Part shown: in pieces, positions 8,002 to 16,769 of the stretch | How the letters are laid out: the number at the start of each line of letters is the position of its first letter | How positions within the stretch are numbered: position 1 is the stretch's first letter | Source of the DNA: Planctomycetota bacterium | GTDB lineage: Bacteria; Planctomycetota; DG-23; SLPQ01 | Reading direction: 5' to 3' | DNA: 29,138 nt | Assembly: GCA_021160625.1 (NCBI GenBank) | Contig: JAGHCE010000066.1 | Span: forward strand, 1-29,138 | Translations under genes and position numbers: made by a program | The notes under the pieces: generated by a model | Seen by the model: only the letters and a program-made list of their open reading frames with translations | Told to the model about the DNA's origin: nothing | Database searches by the model: none

Positions 8002-8401
8002 TGGCTTTGCCTGCCACCTTTTCCACGTTTACATTGACGTATGTTTTCAACCGCTCGTCCGGAGCGTCCGGCTGCTCCCGGCCGCTTTTCGGTTCCCAGC
8101 CCCTGTCGAACCGCTCGATGAGGAGCTTCGCGTAGGCTTGGAATGGCTTCCTTTCCTCGCCGCAGGCCGCCGCGAAGACCCTTCCCCACAGCCGGCCCAT
8201 ACGAATCGCGAAAAAACGTTCCCATTCCTTCTGCCACCAGTTGCGAAAGCCCGCGGTCTCGAACCACTTGTAGTACGTGCGCCTGACGATGCCGATCTCG
8301 CCGGCCATTTTGGTTACCTGGTAGTCCCACGCATGCTCCATGGCGTAGCGCAGTGCTCGGCGTTGCTTTTGCGTGGGCTGCCAGTTCTTGCGTTTTGCCA
8401 A
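7982..8401 (-). CDS. Probable terminase small subunit (N-terminal helix-turn-helix)
   Basis: 139 aa with a TTG start and GGAGG upstream. HTH-like VTKMAGEIGIVRRTYYKW. Overlaps the terL start by 20 nt. Confidence 0.7.
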   Translation of the reverse strand: MAKRKNWQPTQKQRRALRYAMEHAWDYQVTKMAGEIGIVRRTYYKWFETAGFRNWWQKEWERFFAIRMGRLWGRVFAAACGEERKPFQAYAKLLIERFDRGWEPKSGREQPDAPDERLKTYVNVNVEKVAGKANDDDVS

Positions 8402-8729
8402 GTTGCACGCAGCCTCCTGCCTGTAGAGTGAAGCGGGCGCCGGCGGTCCCGGCCTTTGGTGGGTTTTGTTTGCCGCCCATTGCCCGCGCCGCGGCAGGCA
8501 ATCGACCTTGCCGATGTGCGCCCGCAGCCTTCACCCCTTAGGCTGAAGGTAACGTTTCAGCAGACGGCGCAGTGGCGGCGTGTGGCGGCCTGAGCCGAAA
8601 GCGGCGCAGCGCGATCCGGTGCGAAGGGAATGTTGTGGTATGACGCAAGTCGGTAGGACTATTGAGGTTGCACCACGCCCGGCCTGTGTGTGGCCTGGTG
8701 CGGCGGGCGAATTGCGATTTTTTCAAATT

Positions 8730-8750
8730 TGCCGGTTTTTTCTCCCGGCA
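8730..8750 (-). terminator. Possible terminator hairpin after the radical SAM gene
   Basis: TGCCGG-N9-CCGGCA stem about 55 nt after the stop codon. Only a weak U-tract (AAATTT). Confidence 0.3.
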
Positions 8751-8804
8751 GGGTAACCTTCAGCGCACTTGCACTTGAACGATGGAAATAGAATATCCCC
8801 TTTT

Positions 8805-10307
8805 TCAGGGGGCGATGTAGTCCTCGAAGTATTTGCGGAAGTGGTGACCGTAGGCGGCAAAGCCCAGCGCAAGCGAAAGAAGAGCGGGCCGCTTGAAAAG
8901 CGTCCAGAACAGCAGGTTCCAATACTGCCGGCGTTCCTTTCCTATGATTCCGATGCCGATTGAGACCTTTACAAGTGCAATCAGACGTCCGATCGCTCGG
9001 CGAAACCTCCGTTCTCTTTTCCTCTTGTGTCGAACCGGCTTGAACTCTCTTAGAAAGGCTTTCACGCGGTTGTAGAAGGGTTGTGGCGAGTAGATTCCCG
9101 CGAGCACGTTTTTGTAGCCGCTGATGAGGGTCTCATAGCTCATCTTCGGAACAAAGTTCATCGAGAGATCGGTGTTGTTTCCGTTGTGGTACCCCAGCAG
9201 CCGATTTTCCTCTTTGAGTCGCTGGTAGAGCCTCGTGTTGCGCGGTGCGTTCAGCAGTCCGACCATCGCACTGACGATCCCCGATTTCTGAATAAACGTG
9301 GTCAGCCTGTCGAACACCGACGAGCGATCGCTGTCAAAGCCGAGTATGAACCCGGCGGTCACCTGGAGCCCGGTCTGCTGGATTCGCTTGACACACGCCA
9401 GCATATCACGGTTGCGGTTTTGGATCTTGCCGCACTCGCTCAGCGCGTCGTCGTCGGTCGTCTCGATGCCGACAAACACCGAGTCGAACCCGGCGTCGAC
9501 CATCATTTGCATAAGCTCGGCGTCGTCGGACAGGTCTATCGACGCCTCCGTGCCGAGAGCGAATGGATGCCCCCGCTTTTCCATCCACTCGATCATCGCG
9601 GGGAGCGTTTTCTGCTTCAGTTTTTTTCTGTGACCGATGAAGTTGTCGTCAACGAAAAAGACATCTCCCCGCCATCCGTGGGTATACAGATTTTCCAGCT
9701 CGGCAACAATCTGTTTGCTGCTTTTGGTTCGGACCTTTTTTCCGAAGAGTACGGAGATGTCGCAGAATTCGCAATCGTACGGGCAACCCCGCGAATACTG
9801 GATGTTCATACTGGCGTATTTGCGCATATTCAACAGGTCCCACTTGGGGGCAGGGGTGTTTTCTATGCTGATGAACTTGTCTGAAGTATAGAGCCGAGCG
9901 GCCTGCCCCTTTTCAAAATCCGCCAGGAACTGCGGAAGCGTCACCTCGGCTTCATTGAGCACGAGATGGTCCACGTCTGCGAACTCTTCGGGGATGGCGG
10001 TAAAGAGCGGCCCCCCCGCGACTGTTCTGACACCTGCCTCCAGGCACCGAGCGACCACTTCCCTGGCCGATTCCTTCTGGATGGACATTGCGCTTATCAG
10101 GACGAGGTCGGCCCAATTGAGATCCTTTTTTTTCAGACGTTGGACGTTCATATCCACCAGCTTCTTGTTCCAACCTTCCGGCAACATCGCCGCCACCGTC
10201 AACAGCCCCAGTGGCGGCTGGGTAGCCTTTTTCGATATGAACTTGAGCGCGTGCTTGAAGCCCCAGAATGTGTCGGGATATTCCGGATATACCAGTAATA
10301 GGTTCAT
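8805..10307 (-). CDS. Cobalamin-binding radical SAM protein (DUF4070/HpnP-like family)
   Basis: 500 aa. N-terminal B12-binding region (YPEYPDTFW...PPLGLLTVAA, SAMSIQ, GGP), a CPYDCEFC CxxxCxxC motif, FFVDDNF and GFILGFD. Confidence 0.88.
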   Translation of the reverse strand: MNLLLVYPEYPDTFWGFKHALKFISKKATQPPLGLLTVAAMLPEGWNKKLVDMNVQRLKKKDLNWADLVLISAMSIQKESAREVVARCLEAGVRTVAGGPLFTAIPEEFADVDHLVLNEAEVTLPQFLADFEKGQAARLYTSDKFISIENTPAPKWDLLNMRKYASMNIQYSRGCPYDCEFCDISVLFGKKVRTKSSKQIVAELENLYTHGWRGDVFFVDDNFIGHRKKLKQKTLPAMIEWMEKRGHPFALGTEASIDLSDDAELMQMMVDAGFDSVFVGIETTDDDALSECGKIQNRNRDMLACVKRIQQTGLQVTAGFILGFDSDRSSVFDRLTTFIQKSGIVSAMVGLLNAPRNTRLYQRLKEENRLLGYHNGNNTDLSMNFVPKMSYETLISGYKNVLAGIYSPQPFYNRVKAFLREFKPVRHKRKRERRFRRAIGRLIALVKVSIGIGIIGKERRQYWNLLFWTLFKRPALLSLALGFAAYGHHFRKYFEDYIAP

Positions 10308-10541
10308 CTTGTTTTCCCTTAGGTGTAGATCGTTTCGGTCAGGAGGCTCACGAGAGTTTCCGTTGCGATGATTCCCGCCAGGAGGCGGTCCTTGTCGGCG
10401 AAATTGAAATACGCCCTCACTACCACCCTAATTTTCTCGACTGGTCCTGCCCAGTCAAGTGGGTTTTCCGGGAGAAACTCACCGGCGGGGCAACGTCCGG
10501 TGGCCAGGGCGTAACTGTCCCAAGAAATGTGGGGATGTTTT

Positions 10542-10611
10542 GGCAACGCCCGCGAGCCCCATAGCAGGAGGTAGGCAAAGCCCGTTCCGCGCGCGGCAAG
10601 CCGCGCCCTAC
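10542..10611 (-). repeat. REP-like mosaic, cluster 1 (partial module A plus GTAG hairpin)
   Basis: Reverse strand reads GTAGGGCGCGGCTTGCCGCGC (identical to 26667-26687) and CCTCCTGCTATGGGGCTCGCGGGCGTTGCC (variant of module A at 18670). Confidence 0.75.
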
Positions 10612-10634
10612 GCGACTGGCAGTGTGCGGGGAAA

Positions 10635-11171
10635 TCAAGTCTCGTCTTCGGACTCGTAGTCGATAAGTGAGAAAACGTCGTAGGCGGAGAATTTCTTTCT
10701 GCCGTCGAGGAAGGAGAGTTCTATTACGAATCCGCAGCCGACTACTTCGCCGCCGAGTTCCTCCACCATATGCGCGCAGGCCTCCATCGTACCGCCTGTT
10801 GCCAGGAGGTCGTCGATGAGCAGCACCTTCTGGCCGGGTTTGACGGCGTCCCAGTGCATAGTCAGCGTGTCCGTGCCGTACTCCAGCTCGTAGCTGTATT
10901 CGACGGTTTTCGCCGGGAGTTTGCCGGGTTTCCTGACAGGGGCAAAGCCGACGTCGAGTTCGAGCGCCACGGCCGTGCCGAAGATAAAGCCCCTGGCCTC
11001 GGCGCCGACGACGAGTTCGGGCTTTTTATCCCTGAAGTGGTCGGCGATCCGTTTTGATGCTTCCCTGAGTGCCGCGGCGTCGGCCAAAAGCGGCGTGATG
11101 TCCCTGAAAACGATGCCTTCCTTGGGAAAGCCGGGTATGCTGCGGATATAGTCCTTGAGATCGAGTGCCAT
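10635..11171 (-). CDS. apt: Adenine phosphoribosyltransferase
   Basis: IRSIPGFPKEGIVFRDIT, EARGFIFG, RKPGKLP, YELEYG and the PRPP-binding LIDDLLATGGT. ATG 11171 has better spacing to AAAGGAG than ATG 11177. Confidence 0.97.
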   Translation of the reverse strand: MALDLKDYIRSIPGFPKEGIVFRDITPLLADAAALREASKRIADHFRDKKPELVVGAEARGFIFGTAVALELDVGFAPVRKPGKLPAKTVEYSYELEYGTDTLTMHWDAVKPGQKVLLIDDLLATGGTMEACAHMVEELGGEVVGCGFVIELSFLDGRKKFSAYDVFSLIDYESEDET

Positions 11172-11264
11172 CGCCATCTCCTTTGCAATACGTTGGGCCG
11201 GTTACCATCGCTCGGCCCGGGCAGACACGCGGGCCTGTCGCTGCGGCACGCGGCGCGGCGGGCC

Positions 11265-12113
11265 TCAGGGCGAGGGCTCGCCGGTCATCGCCTCGTAGAG
11301 TTTCTTCAGGGATTCGTTTTCAATCTGCCTGATGCGCTCGCGGGTGAGGCCTATCTGGTTACCTATTTCCTTCAAGGTCATAGGGGCATCTTCGCCGAGG
11401 CCGTAGCGCAGGCGCAGGACGAGCTGCTCGCGTTCGCTGATGGCGGACATTCCCTTGTGAAGCATCATTTTTGTCTGCTCGTCGAGGACGTAGGTATCGG
11501 GTTCGACGGAGTGGGGGTCTTCTATGAGGTCGGCGACCGTGTGCTCGGAGCCTTCGCCGACGGGGTGATCCATCGAGGTGAAGGTATTGATGGCCCTTTT
11601 TATCGCGAAGATTTTCTTGGGGGAAAGGCTCATAGCGTCGGCGACTTCCTCGATGGTGGGCTCGCGGCCCAGGCTGTCGCCGAGGGCGGCCGAGGTGTAT
11701 TTGAAATGGGTTATCATCTCGACCATATATGCGGGGACGCGGATGGTTTTCACCTTGGAAACGAGCGCCCGCTTTATTGCCTGGCGTATCCACCAGGAGC
11801 CATACGTGGAAAAGCGGGTCCCGGCATCGGGGTTGAACCCCTCGGATGCGCGAATAAGGCCGAGGTTCCCCTCCGCCACCAGGTCCATCAGGCTCAGGCC
11901 GCGGTTGGTGTAGTTTTTCGCGATATTGACCACTAAGCGAAGGTTCGACTTCACCATATGATCCCTTGCCTGGCGGTCGCCCGCCTGGATGCGCCTGCCG
12001 AGGGCCTTTTCTTCGTCGGGAGTCAGAAGGGGTATCTTTTTTATATCCCTCAGGTAGGTTTGAAGGGTATTCTCGCCAGCGATTGCCGCCTCCTTGGGGA
12101 AACCCTCAAACAA
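11265..12113 (-). CDS. RNA polymerase sigma70-family factor, RpoD-like paralog lacking region 1.1
   Basis: LQTYLRDI (region 1.2), NLRLVV and EGNLGL...RFSTYGSWWIRQAI (region 2), TLKEIG...TRERIRQIE (region 4.2). Start uncertain (TTG 12113, or ATC 12083; see findings). Confidence 0.93.
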   Translation of the reverse strand: MFEGFPKEAAIAGENTLQTYLRDIKKIPLLTPDEEKALGRRIQAGDRQARDHMVKSNLRLVVNIAKNYTNRGLSLMDLVAEGNLGLIRASEGFNPDAGTRFSTYGSWWIRQAIKRALVSKVKTIRVPAYMVEMITHFKYTSAALGDSLGREPTIEEVADAMSLSPKKIFAIKRAINTFTSMDHPVGEGSEHTVADLIEDPHSVEPDTYVLDEQTKMMLHKGMSAISEREQLVLRLRYGLGEDAPMTLKEIGNQIGLTRERIRQIENESLKKLYEAMTGEPSP

Positions 12114-12261
12114 CGACCGCCCGGCCCTGCGCGGCGCCGAAGCCTTCCGGCGCCGTATGCCGGGACTTGCAAAACGGGCTCCTCAGTTTTCCCGAACCGA
12201 TTGGCCATACGAAGCGCCCAGTGACACCAATTAGATGATGTCCTGTAACCCGGTGTGCCAC

Positions 12262-12355
12262 GGGGGGTCTCCGACATCTTTCTGCTACGGAGCCTGCAGA
12301 CGTTGTCTGCGGGAATCAATTGACCCTCCGCGGGCGAGGCATGCCTCGCCCCTAC
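12262..12355. repeat. REP-like mosaic, cluster 2 (module A plus GTAG hairpin)
   Basis: GCAGAC-GTT-GTCTGC hairpin, then AATTGACCCTCCG, then GGGCGAGGCATGCCTCGCCCCTAC. Confidence 0.8.
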
Positions 12356-12387
12356 TTGACAACCGGACTGCTTCCACTTGGAGCCAC

Positions 12388-14433
12388 TTATGCATCCTGC
12401 GGCGCGGGCTGGTCATCTTCGGGTGACTCCTCTGCGGCCTCCTGAGGCTTTTCGGGTTCCACCTGGGTATCGGGCACCGTCGGGGCTTGCGCTTGCGCGG
12501 GCGCCTTGTCAGCCTCGGTCTCGGTGTTTTCCTCGGCGGCAGGTGCCTCAACCGGCGCCTCTGCGGAGGGCTCTTCGCTCTCCGGGGACGCCTGCGGCTG
12601 GCTTGCCTCGGCCTCGGACGGCTGCTCTTGGGCCTGTTCGGCGTCGGCGGCGTCCGGGGCTTCGGTCTCGGAAGGCTGCACTTGGGCCTCGGCTGGGGGC
12701 TCTTCGCCTTCAGTTGCGACCGGGGCCTCCCCTGCGCCTGCGGCAAGTCTCTCGTCGAGGTCGAGCGCCCCTTCTATCTTTGCTCTTTCTTCGAACGTTA
12801 CACGCTTGAGGCTTAAGCCGATTTTGCGCTCATCGGGGTCGACGCGGAGGATTTTGACGGCCAGATGGTCACCTTCTCGGATGACTTCCTCGGGATGAGG
12901 AATCTCCTGTTCGGCGATTTCGGAGACATGCAGGAGCCCTTCAAGGTTGTTCTGAAGCTCGACAAATATCCCGAAATTGGTGAGTTTCGTGACGGTGCCG
13001 GCTACAACGTCGCCGGATTGAAATATCTCCTGGATGGTGCCGTCCCAGGGGTCGTCTTCGAGTTGTTTCATACCGAGTGCGACGCGCTTTCTGTCTTGGT
13101 CAACCGAGAGCACGACGACTTCGACCTCGTCACTTTTCTTGAGGATTTCGGAGGGGTGGCCGACCTTTCGGGTCCAGGACATATCCGAGACGTGGAGCAG
13201 CCCGTCGATGCCTTCCTCTATCTCGACGAAAGCACCGTAGTTCGTGAGGTTGCGCACGCGGCCGCGGATGACGGTGCCGGGAGGGTACTTGGCCTCGACC
13301 TGGGTCCAGGGATTGGCCTCGATTTGCTTCATACCGAGGGAGATTTCCTCTTTGTCCTTGTTGATGCCCAACACGGCCACCTCGATAACGTCGCCGATGG
13401 CCACGACCTCGGTTGGGTGGTTTATCCTGCGCGTCCAGGACATTTCAGAGATGTGGACGAGGCCCTCGATGCCCTCTTCGAGTTTCACGAAGGCGCCGTA
13501 AGGCATTATGTTGACGACGGTGCCGCGCACGCGCGAGCCCACCGGGTACTTTTCTTCGACGTCTTTCCAGGGGGATGCGCTCTTCTGCTTGAGGCCGAGG
13601 GCGATTTTTTCCTCTTCGCGGTTGATGTTCAGGATGACGACTTCGATTTCCTCGTCGATGGCTACAATCTCGGAGGGGTGCGACACCCGTCCCCAGGACA
13701 TATCGGTGATGTGGAGGAGGCCGTCTATGCCGCCGAGGTCGACAAAGGCGCCGAAATCGGTGATGTTCTTGACTTCGCCCTTGCGGATCTGGCCGATTTC
13801 GATCTCGGCCATAAGTTTTTCTTTCTGCTTTTCGCGTTCCTCTTCCAGGAGGCGCCTGCGTGAGACGACGATATTGCGCCTGGACTCGTCGATCTTGAGA
13901 ATCTTGCACTCGATGGTGTCGCCGATGTAGTTGGCGATGTCGGCAGGCCGGCGGATGTCCACCTGGCTTGCCGGAAGAAAGACGGGAACGCCGATGTCCA
14001 CGAGCAGTCCGCCCTTTATCTTACGCATAACGCGGCCGCTCACCACGTCACCCTCGCGATGTTCCCTGACGACCTTTTCCCAGCCGCGTATCCTGTCGGC
14101 CTTTCGCTTCGAGATGACGATAAGACCCGAGTCGTCCTCAACCGCCTCCAGGAGCACCTCGACCGCGTCGCCGGGGTTCACCTCTTCCCCCTTCTCGAAT
14201 TCCGCGAGGGGGATGACCCCTTCGGACTTGTATCCCACGTCGATGAGGACATCGTCGCTCAGGATGTTCAGGACCTTGCCGTTGAGGATTGTGCCCGGCT
14301 GGAAATCCGTGACGGATTCCTCGCAGGTCACCAGGATGTCCTGGTCGCTCTTGTCGCCGAAGATGTCCTGCATCTGTTTGTCGAGTTCCTCGCTCGTGAG
14401 GTCATACTGTTTCACTTTGGGGTTAGTGGCCAT
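12388..14433 (-). CDS. rpsA: 30S ribosomal protein S1 with an acidic C-terminal extension
   Basis: 681 aa with repeated S1 domains (FGAFVDL.GIDGLLHITDMSW, GAFV.LEEGIEGLVHISEMSW and others). Good SD. Last ~125 aa are A/E/P/Q-rich. Confidence 0.97.
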   Translation of the reverse strand: MATNPKVKQYDLTSEELDKQMQDIFGDKSDQDILVTCEESVTDFQPGTILNGKVLNILSDDVLIDVGYKSEGVIPLAEFEKGEEVNPGDAVEVLLEAVEDDSGLIVISKRKADRIRGWEKVVREHREGDVVSGRVMRKIKGGLLVDIGVPVFLPASQVDIRRPADIANYIGDTIECKILKIDESRRNIVVSRRRLLEEEREKQKEKLMAEIEIGQIRKGEVKNITDFGAFVDLGGIDGLLHITDMSWGRVSHPSEIVAIDEEIEVVILNINREEEKIALGLKQKSASPWKDVEEKYPVGSRVRGTVVNIMPYGAFVKLEEGIEGLVHISEMSWTRRINHPTEVVAIGDVIEVAVLGINKDKEEISLGMKQIEANPWTQVEAKYPPGTVIRGRVRNLTNYGAFVEIEEGIDGLLHVSDMSWTRKVGHPSEILKKSDEVEVVVLSVDQDRKRVALGMKQLEDDPWDGTIQEIFQSGDVVAGTVTKLTNFGIFVELQNNLEGLLHVSEIAEQEIPHPEEVIREGDHLAVKILRVDPDERKIGLSLKRVTFEERAKIEGALDLDERLAAGAGEAPVATEGEEPPAEAQVQPSETEAPDAADAEQAQEQPSEAEASQPQASPESEEPSAEAPVEAPAAEENTETEADKAPAQAQAPTVPDTQVEPEKPQEAAEESPEDDQPAPQDA

Positions 14434-14544
14434 AAAAATCCTTTCCTTCCGTCACAACCGGGGCGCTCCCCGGCGAACACCGCCGTTTCGGCTCGGCGGC
14501 CAGGTTGAAACCTCGAAAAGCCGGCTGCCGAATCGCCGGCTCAT

Positions 14545-15393
14545 TTACCCGCCCGAAACCTTTTCCAGGCGCGATACAAACTGCTCGATAATCCACTCGG
14601 GCGTAGATGCACCTGCCGTGACGCCCACGCGCCGCTTGCCATCGAGCCACTTCTCATCCAATTCCCCGGCGGTCTCAATGTGGTACGTGTCCACACCCGT
14701 CGCCTTGCATATTTTGGCAAGGTGGTTAGTGTTGGCGCTGTTGCGGCCGCCGAGAACAAACATTATATCAACGTCGGTTGCAAGTTCAACGGCTGCCTTT
14801 TGACGCTCGACCGTTGCGTGGCAGATGGTGTTGAATATGCGTGCCTCGTCGAAATCATTGCGGGTTATCCTCTCAATCACCCTGCGGAAGTCGGCCGGGT
14901 ACTGGGTGGTCTGCGCGACGAGCCCTATTTTCGACCCGTGCGGCAGCACCGGCACCTCCTCGTCGGCATTCACCACTATCGCCCCCGGAGCATGCCCCAC
15001 GAGACCCTCCACCTCCGGATGGTTCCGCTCGCCGAGGATTACCACGGTGTAACCCTCAAGGGCCAGGAGCTCGGCGCTTTGCTGGGCTTTTTTCACCAGG
15101 GGGCACGTCGCGTCGATGCTTTTCGCTGCCCTCTCGTTGAGCCGGGAGAGAACGTCCGGGCGCACGCCGTGGCTGCGGATTATGACGGTGCCCGACGGAT
15201 CCACCGCTTCGGGAGAGTCGACCGGCTGGAGGCCCGCCTGCCTCAATCGGTCGATGACCTGCGGGTTGTGTATCAGCGGGCCGATGGAGAAAGCTTCTTT
15301 GGTGGAGGCGAGGGTTTTCTCGGCTATTTCGATCGCCCGCCTGACACCGAAGCAAAAACCGCTGTTCGGCGCAACCCTGATTTCAAACCTCAT
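14545..15393 (-). CDS. ispH: 4-hydroxy-3-methylbut-2-enyl diphosphate reductase
   Basis: GFCFGVRRA, IHN, RSHG, DATCPLV, HPEV, AQTT, NTIC and GVTAGASTP motifs. ATG 15393 coupled to the plsC stop (ATGA). Confidence 0.96.
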   Translation of the reverse strand: MRFEIRVAPNSGFCFGVRRAIEIAEKTLASTKEAFSIGPLIHNPQVIDRLRQAGLQPVDSPEAVDPSGTVIIRSHGVRPDVLSRLNERAAKSIDATCPLVKKAQQSAELLALEGYTVVILGERNHPEVEGLVGHAPGAIVVNADEEVPVLPHGSKIGLVAQTTQYPADFRRVIERITRNDFDEARIFNTICHATVERQKAAVELATDVDIMFVLGGRNSANTNHLAKICKATGVDTYHIETAGELDEKWLDGKRRVGVTAGASTPEWIIEQFVSRLEKVSGG

Positions 15394-16013
15394 TCGCCCG
15401 ATCCCTTCAATGTCGCCCGCAGCGTTGCCTGCAGGTTGCAAATCGCCTTGCGGCAGGCCCGGCGCATCTTTTCCGCATCGCCGCCGAACTCGTCGGCCCT
15501 CAGCCGAGCGCCGAAGCGGACTCCCACGGCGCCCGGCCTGGGGAACCGGCTGTCCCTGGGCCAGGCGTCAAACGCCCCTTCGACTGCTACCGGGACCACC
15601 GGCACGCCGCTTCGCACGGCTATCATAAAAATGCCGGGCTTGATATCCCCGATTTCTCCCGTGTGCGTCCGGGTTCCTTCGGGGAAGGCCAAGACCACGT
15701 TGTCGCTCTTTAGCCTTCGCAGCACTTCCCGAACGGCCTTGATATCACCACGGCCGCGTTCTACGGGGAAGGCGTTCAGGCTACTGATAAGGCGCCCGAA
15801 CGGGGCGAAACGCATAAACAGGCTCTTCCTGGCCATATAATGCACAGGACGGTTGAGGCCCGCATCGACAAGCGCCGGGTCCAGGAAGCTCTGGTGATTC
15901 GAAACGAGAATCACGGGCCCCTCAAGCGGCACGTTATTACGGCCGAAAATCCGCAGGCGAAAAAAGACCACCAAAAGAACGCGCGCCCAAAAATGCACAA
16001 AGCGGTACCACAC
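15390..16013 (-). CDS. plsC: 1-acyl-sn-glycerol-3-phosphate acyltransferase
   Basis: SNHQSFLD (HX4D) and FPEGTRT motifs. GTG start at 16013 just after the cmk stop. Confidence 0.9.
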   Translation of the reverse strand: MWYRFVHFWARVLLVVFFRLRIFGRNNVPLEGPVILVSNHQSFLDPALVDAGLNRPVHYMARKSLFMRFAPFGRLISSLNAFPVERGRGDIKAVREVLRRLKSDNVVLAFPEGTRTHTGEIGDIKPGIFMIAVRSGVPVVPVAVEGAFDAWPRDSRFPRPGAVGVRFGARLRADEFGGDAEKMRRACRKAICNLQATLRATLKGSGE

Positions 16014-16017
16014 CGAA

Positions 16018-16674
16018 TCATTCCCCCTGCATCTTCGCGCGCACGATCTCTTCAAGCCAGCACAGCGTCTCATCACTCGTCCAGCCGGTCGAATTGACCT
16101 CCACGGCGTCCTTATGCTTCTTGAGAGGCGCCACTGGGCGGGTTATGTCGGCCCGGTCGCGCCTGCGGAGGTCGGCCAGGACCGTTTCGTAATCCTCGTC
16201 GGCGCCCCTTGCGCAGAGTTCCTCCCAGCGCCTGCGCGCCCGCTCCTCGGGCGAAGCCGTCAGGAAAATCTTCACATCGGCGTTCGGGAAAACGACCGTG
16301 GCCATATCCCGCCCCGCGACCACGATGTTCGCGCCTTCGGCCGTGGCGCGCGCCAAGGTGTTCACAAACTCCCTCACGTCCGGATTGCCGGCAAAGGGTT
16401 TCACGTTTCTCGTGATCTCTGGAAGGGCGATTTCCTCCGTAACGTCCCGCCCGTCGACGAAGGCGCGTTCCGTGTCTATGCGGATGTCCGCCCGCGCCAG
16501 CATCCCGGCGACCCCGCCGCGGTCCGCGGCGTCCACGCCGCTTCGGGCCGCCAGCACAGTCACGGCGCGATATATCATACCGGTGTCAAGGTGGCGGAAG
16601 CCGAGCGCCCTGGCCAGGTTCTTCGCCGCGGTGGACTTGCCGCTGGCAACGGGCCCGTCGATTGCAACTATCAT
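16018..16674 (-). CDS. cmk: Cytidylate kinase
   Basis: AIDGPVASGKST, LDTGMIYRA, GRDMATVVFP, LTASPEERARRR and RRDRAD motifs. Confidence 0.96.
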   Translation of the reverse strand: MIVAIDGPVASGKSTAAKNLARALGFRHLDTGMIYRAVTVLAARSGVDAADRGGVAGMLARADIRIDTERAFVDGRDVTEEIALPEITRNVKPFAGNPDVREFVNTLARATAEGANIVVAGRDMATVVFPNADVKIFLTASPEERARRRWEELCARGADEDYETVLADLRRRDRADITRPVAPLKKHKDAVEVNSTGWTSDETLCWLEEIVRAKMQGE

Positions 16675-16769
16675 TCGTATTCTTCCGTATTTTTCGCCTT
16701 CCGGATGCGGAGTTAACCTGCGGCGAGATTATATCTGTGGGCTTGCCGGCCGTCAACGCGCGGGAGGAG

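Larger units (their letters stand above)
2..8401 (-). mobile_element. Phage-derived packaging/head/tail gene cluster (GTA-like element or defective prophage), left end outside the window
   Basis: Thirteen co-oriented ORFs in canonical siphovirus order, with overlapping start/stop codons (ATGA, GTGA, TGATG). No integrase, repressor or replication gene between terS and the next host gene. Confidence 0.9.

Noticed and set aside
8496-8514. Sigma54-like site GGCAAGGTCGATTGC upstream of terS
   Set aside because: Spacing is GG-N11-GC rather than the strict GG-N10-GC.
10319-10546. 75-aa ORF with GRCPAGEFL, reminiscent of RelE/Gp49-like toxins
   Set aside because: GRCP is simply the translation of a degenerate module A hairpin (G(G/A)CGTTGCCC). 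TTG start inside a repeat and no other support.
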